Below are positions 60,823 through 64,000 of a DNA stretch of 64,000 nt, piece after piece. The first letter of the stretch is position 1; each line of letters begins with the position of its first letter. The position numbers were made by a program, and so were the translations under genes. The notes beneath the pieces are model-generated. The model made no database searches and was not told the DNA's origin. It worked only from the letters and a program-made list of their open reading frames with translations. This DNA comes from Candidatus Dadabacteria bacterium (GTDB lineage: Bacteria > Desulfobacterota_D > UBA1144 > Nemesobacterales > CSP1-2), in NCBI GenBank assembly GCA_963805855.1, contig CAWDVW010000006.1, positions 64,001 to 128,000 of the forward strand, written 5' to 3'.

Positions 60823-60961
60823 GAAGAGTTCTCCGAAAGGATTTGATTAAATTAACTTTAGCGATAACTAATCTACAGTCAAATTGAGGAATCCGCAACA
60901 ACAGGGCATTGAAAATCGGTCTTGAAGTGATGTCTAAAAATAGGTAGATTCTTTAGCTAAT

Positions 60962-61558
60962 ATGCTTACTTCTCCGGTATTGGTTCTCAACCGTTACTTT
61001 GTTCCGATCACGATAACCAGCGTCAAAAGGGCTTTCGTGATGCTTTATTGTGGCGTTGCAAAGGCTGTGGGTGGTAATTATGAGACGTTTGATTTTGATT
61101 CATGGAGTCAGATTTCCTCATTCAAGGAAACTGACTGTATCATGACTGTAAGCAGGGTTATAAGGGTGCCAAGGGTGATCATGACCGTAAGGTATGATGG
61201 TATGCTGAGGAAGGAAGCGAAATTTAACAGAATTAACATATTTAGAAGGGATGGTGGCAGGTGTCAGTATTGCGGCGTCAAATTCTCCCGGTCCGACCTT
61301 ACGATAGATCACGTGACCCCAAGATCGCTTAATGGAAAGAGTGTCTGGGAGAATGTCGTTTGCTGTTGTATAGAATGTAATCGCAAGAAAGGAGGGAGGA
61401 CGCCGGAGCGGGCAAAAATGAAGCTTATAAGCAAACCCAAAAAACCTCTTTGGGATCCTTTTTCCAACATATATATCAGGGCTGTAAGGTATAAGGAATG
61501 GGAACCGTTTCTCAGCTTTGTGGATGTTTCTTACTGGAACGTTGAACTGGAAGAGTAG
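60962..61558 (+). CDS. HNH endonuclease (McrA-like family)
   Basis: VLVLN, RDGGRCQYCG, TIDHVTPRS, CCIECNRKKG.RTP. Confidence 0.9.
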   Translation: MLTSPVLVLNRYFVPITITSVKRAFVMLYCGVAKAVGGNYETFDFDSWSQISSFKETDCIMTVSRVIRVPRVIMTVRYDGMLRKEAKFNRINIFRRDGGRCQYCGVKFSRSDLTIDHVTPRSLNGKSVWENVVCCCIECNRKKGGRTPERAKMKLISKPKKPLWDPFSNIYIRAVRYKEWEPFLSFVDVSYWNVELEE

Positions 61559-61667
61559 TAAGTTCCCATTAATCGAATGTTGTGAATTATCCAGAAAACA
61601 CCTCACATATATGTATTTGTAGTAATCGAAAAGTAATCAGGAATCGTAGAATTGCGTGTGTTATTAA

Positions 61668-62942
61668 TTGGAGGGACTGATGAGATATATCGTTTTGAAT
61701 TTAGTGGCAATCCTTTTTCTTATTACCTCAGGCCCAATTTATGCTCAGATCATTCTACCGCCAATTCATGGACCGATAGTAGATAAGATATCCATATTCA
61801 TACCCGATCTAAACAGTCTCGGCGGGTCCGATCCTAGGGCGAAAGAGTTCGTCGACGTCGTTAGGGGTGATCTCATTAACACCGGCCTTTTTGATGTGAA
61901 GGGAGGTACGCTGATAACCAGTGGTGAGCTCATAAATTTCCAACCGTTATTTGAAGCTGGCGCTGAGGCATTTATCAGGGGTGATTACTCTTCTTCGGGC
62001 GGTCGAATGAAGTTTGATGTATCCCTTTATGACGTGGCTGGTGAGAATCGTCTTCTTGCCAGATCTTATGAGGCCAGCCCCGGCCGGGTTAGGGAAGCTG
62101 CCCATAGGTTTTCAGATTCGGTTATGAAGGAGCTTACCGGACTGGATGGATTTTTTACGTCTAAGATAGCTTTTGTGTCTGGCAGTAGAAATAATAGGAA
62201 TCTCTACGAGATGGACTATGATGGAGAGAACATAAAACGGCTTACCAATCATGGCTCCATTGTGATGTCTCCAAGTTGTTCTCCCGACGGATCAAAGATA
62301 ATTTTTAATTCTGATAAGGTATGGGATCAGGACTTATATGTAGTTACTCTGACGCCGAGCGTTTCTGAAAAGAGGCTTACACGTGCTTTCAAATTGGAGC
62401 AAAGCCCTGAATGGTCTCCCAGTGGAAGAAAAATTGCTTATAGCGCCAATGGGGACATAATTATTGCCAATCCCGATGGAAGCGGTGCGGTCAATATTAC
62501 CGGGAATCCGCGTTATATTGAAGTTTCCCCTACTTGGTCCCCTGGTGGAGGGCAGATCGCATTTGTATCCGACCGCTCCGGAACCCCCCAAATCTATGTA
62601 ATGAATATAGATGGTAGTAATGTACGAAAAGTTTCTTCGGGCGGATACTCCACAGACCCTTCCTGGTCCCCCAATGCGGAGGTCAACAGGATTGCCTTTG
62701 TGAAGGTTGAGGGTGGTGAGGCAAACATATTTACAGTCAATCCTGACGGTTCAGATGAGCAACGACTCACCTGGGCATCAAGGAGAAATGAAAACCCTAC
62801 CTGGTCGCCAGACGGGCACTATATTGCCTTCACTTCCAATAGGGGTGGCCAGAAGGATCTATACTTGATGTACTTGAATGGTCAAAATCAGCGTCCTCTG
62901 ACAAAGGGTGGAAGCGTTTTATTTCCGACCTGGTGCAAATAG
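61668..62942 (+). CDS. tolB: TolB-like periplasmic protein (PD40 repeats)
   Basis: AHRFSD, SKIAFVS, MDYDG, repeated P.WSPDG..IAF.S.R.G. Confidence 0.85.
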   Translation: MEGLMRYIVLNLVAILFLITSGPIYAQIILPPIHGPIVDKISIFIPDLNSLGGSDPRAKEFVDVVRGDLINTGLFDVKGGTLITSGELINFQPLFEAGAEAFIRGDYSSSGGRMKFDVSLYDVAGENRLLARSYEASPGRVREAAHRFSDSVMKELTGLDGFFTSKIAFVSGSRNNRNLYEMDYDGENIKRLTNHGSIVMSPSCSPDGSKIIFNSDKVWDQDLYVVTLTPSVSEKRLTRAFKLEQSPEWSPSGRKIAYSANGDIIIANPDGSGAVNITGNPRYIEVSPTWSPGGGQIAFVSDRSGTPQIYVMNIDGSNVRKVSSGGYSTDPSWSPNAEVNRIAFVKVEGGEANIFTVNPDGSDEQRLTWASRRNENPTWSPDGHYIAFTSNRGGQKDLYLMYLNGQNQRPLTKGGSVLFPTWCK

Positions 62943-63045
62943 GCCAAGGTCTGGTTCATCGATGATATAGGTTTTTTATTCTTATCTGATGTTTTTTATG
63001 GCTAAGCATGTTAATTGATTTTTATTAGGATTCTGGACTAAGATA

Positions 63046-63585
63046 TTGAGGATCTTTATTGCAGCTCTGATCCCCCCTGAAATTAGACTAGCCATTAATC
63101 ATTATGTGGAATCCATAAAGGCCCAATGGGAAGGGGTGAGATGGGAGAACTGGGAAAAATTTCATTTAACGCTTAAATTTTTAGGTGAAGTGGGTGACTC
63201 GAAGTTAGGTGATGTTGAAAAATCTTTGAGGCTGGGAGGGCAGGGTGTCTCCACTTTCGAAATGGCGATTACAGGTTTCGGCGGTTTTCCAAGCCTGAGG
63301 AGGCCGAGGGTGCTTTTTGTGGATTTGTCTGATAATAATGAGCTATCGAAATTCCAGATTGAGTTGGAAGAAAGACTCGAAGATATCGGTTTTGCCAGGG
63401 AAAACCGTAAATTTAAGCCTCATATAACGGTTGGAAGAACGAAGGGATATTCGACGGTACGAGGTCCTTTTCCGAGCCCGGATCCCCTTTCATTCAGGAT
63501 ATCGGAAATTGCCATAATGAGGAGCATACTCCATAAGAAGGGCTCCGAGCATACTGGTCTGTATATATTTAAATTGAATGGCTAG
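63046..63585 (+). CDS. thpR: RNA 2',3'-cyclic phosphodiesterase (2H family)
   Basis: MRIFIA, HLTLKFLG, FKPHITVGR. Confidence 0.9.
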   Translation: MRIFIAALIPPEIRLAINHYVESIKAQWEGVRWENWEKFHLTLKFLGEVGDSKLGDVEKSLRLGGQGVSTFEMAITGFGGFPSLRRPRVLFVDLSDNNELSKFQIELEERLEDIGFARENRKFKPHITVGRTKGYSTVRGPFPSPDPLSFRISEIAIMRSILHKKGSEHTGLYIFKLNG

Positions 63586-63754
63586 ATGTTTATTTGCGTA
63601 TGCAAATGGTGTGGAAATTATTCTGTAAAATATTCCAAATTAGTTTATGGAGAAATCGGTACTTCTCATGAAAACGCTTTCTGATTTATCGATTTCATTT
63701 GACAATGGACTAAAAATTAGGAAAAAATTATGGTTAGAATTGGGAGGACTATAA

Positions 63755-64000
63755 ATGCAGGCTATTATCAAAACTGGCGGAAAGCAGTACAAGGTCAGCC
63801 CTGGTCAGATAGTGAATGTTGAGAAACTTACCGGAAATGTTGGCGATAAGGTTGAGTTCGATAAGGTACTTTTTATTTCAGATGAAAGCGGGAAAACAAA
63901 GGTTGGTACTCCTCTTGTGAAAGATTCCAGAGTAACTGGAAAGATTCTCGGCGCTGTTAAGGGCAAAAAAATTACTGTTTTCAAATTTAAAAGAAGAAAG
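63755..64000 (+). CDS. rplU: 50S ribosomal protein L21 (runs off the window end)
   Basis: GGAGG RBS; MQAIIKTGGKQYKVSPGQIVNVEKL...KKITVFKFKRRK. Confidence 0.95.
   Translation, partial: MQAIIKTGGKQYKVSPGQIVNVEKLTGNVGDKVEFDKVLFISDESGKTKVGTPLVKDSRVTGKILGAVKGKKITVFKFKRRK

Noticed and set aside
60962-61558. HNH gene as a mobile homing endonuclease or restriction system
   Set aside because: Belongs to the common stand-alone McrA-like family in a housekeeping context; no intron, methylase or flanking repeats

Overview
This is a bacterial chromosomal window of moderate GC. The gene set (mqnC, a CdaA-type cyclase with a C-terminal extension, TPR/LolB-like-ptsH-ptsI, lgt/lnt, tolB) suggests a Gram-negative, deltaproteobacteria/Dadabacteria-like organism; that taxonomy is inference only. 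Housekeeping blocks are tRNA-Leu, moeZ, perR/fur, eda, glgA, mqnC, ptsHI, tRNA-Arg, HU, hisD/hisC, lnt, lgt, tolB, thpR and rplU. They alternate with two accessory-looking regions. The first (about 4-21 kb) holds a CP-ATP-grasp/alpha-E/Anbu/transglutaminase operon with an amino-acid permease, followed by an osmotic/Mg/c-di-AMP cluster (MscS, TM-helix channel, Ggs-like glycosyltransferase, glycerate kinase, MgtE, diadenylate cyclase, and an internally deleted mgtE copy). The second (about 36.7-54.9 kb, after tRNA-Arg) is an integrase-less patchwork of single genes separated by repeats: HicAB, LprI/MliC, a methyltransferase, a knottin-like peptide, a DUF2779-like nuclease, an M23 peptidase, a MITE, gad and a multiheme cytochrome. 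The most unusual signals are: a four-helix-bundle (IVS/Avd-like) gene enclosed by a 27-bp inverted repeat built from GATGCAG heptamers; the same heptamer family as direct repeats around a 3-kb nuclease cassette; a squash-inhibitor-like knottin peptide; a double ClpX-zinc-finger-HisC fusion; a frameshifted HPr gene; and a sigma54-driven small-RNA candidate. All calls are by eye from motifs; no searches were run.
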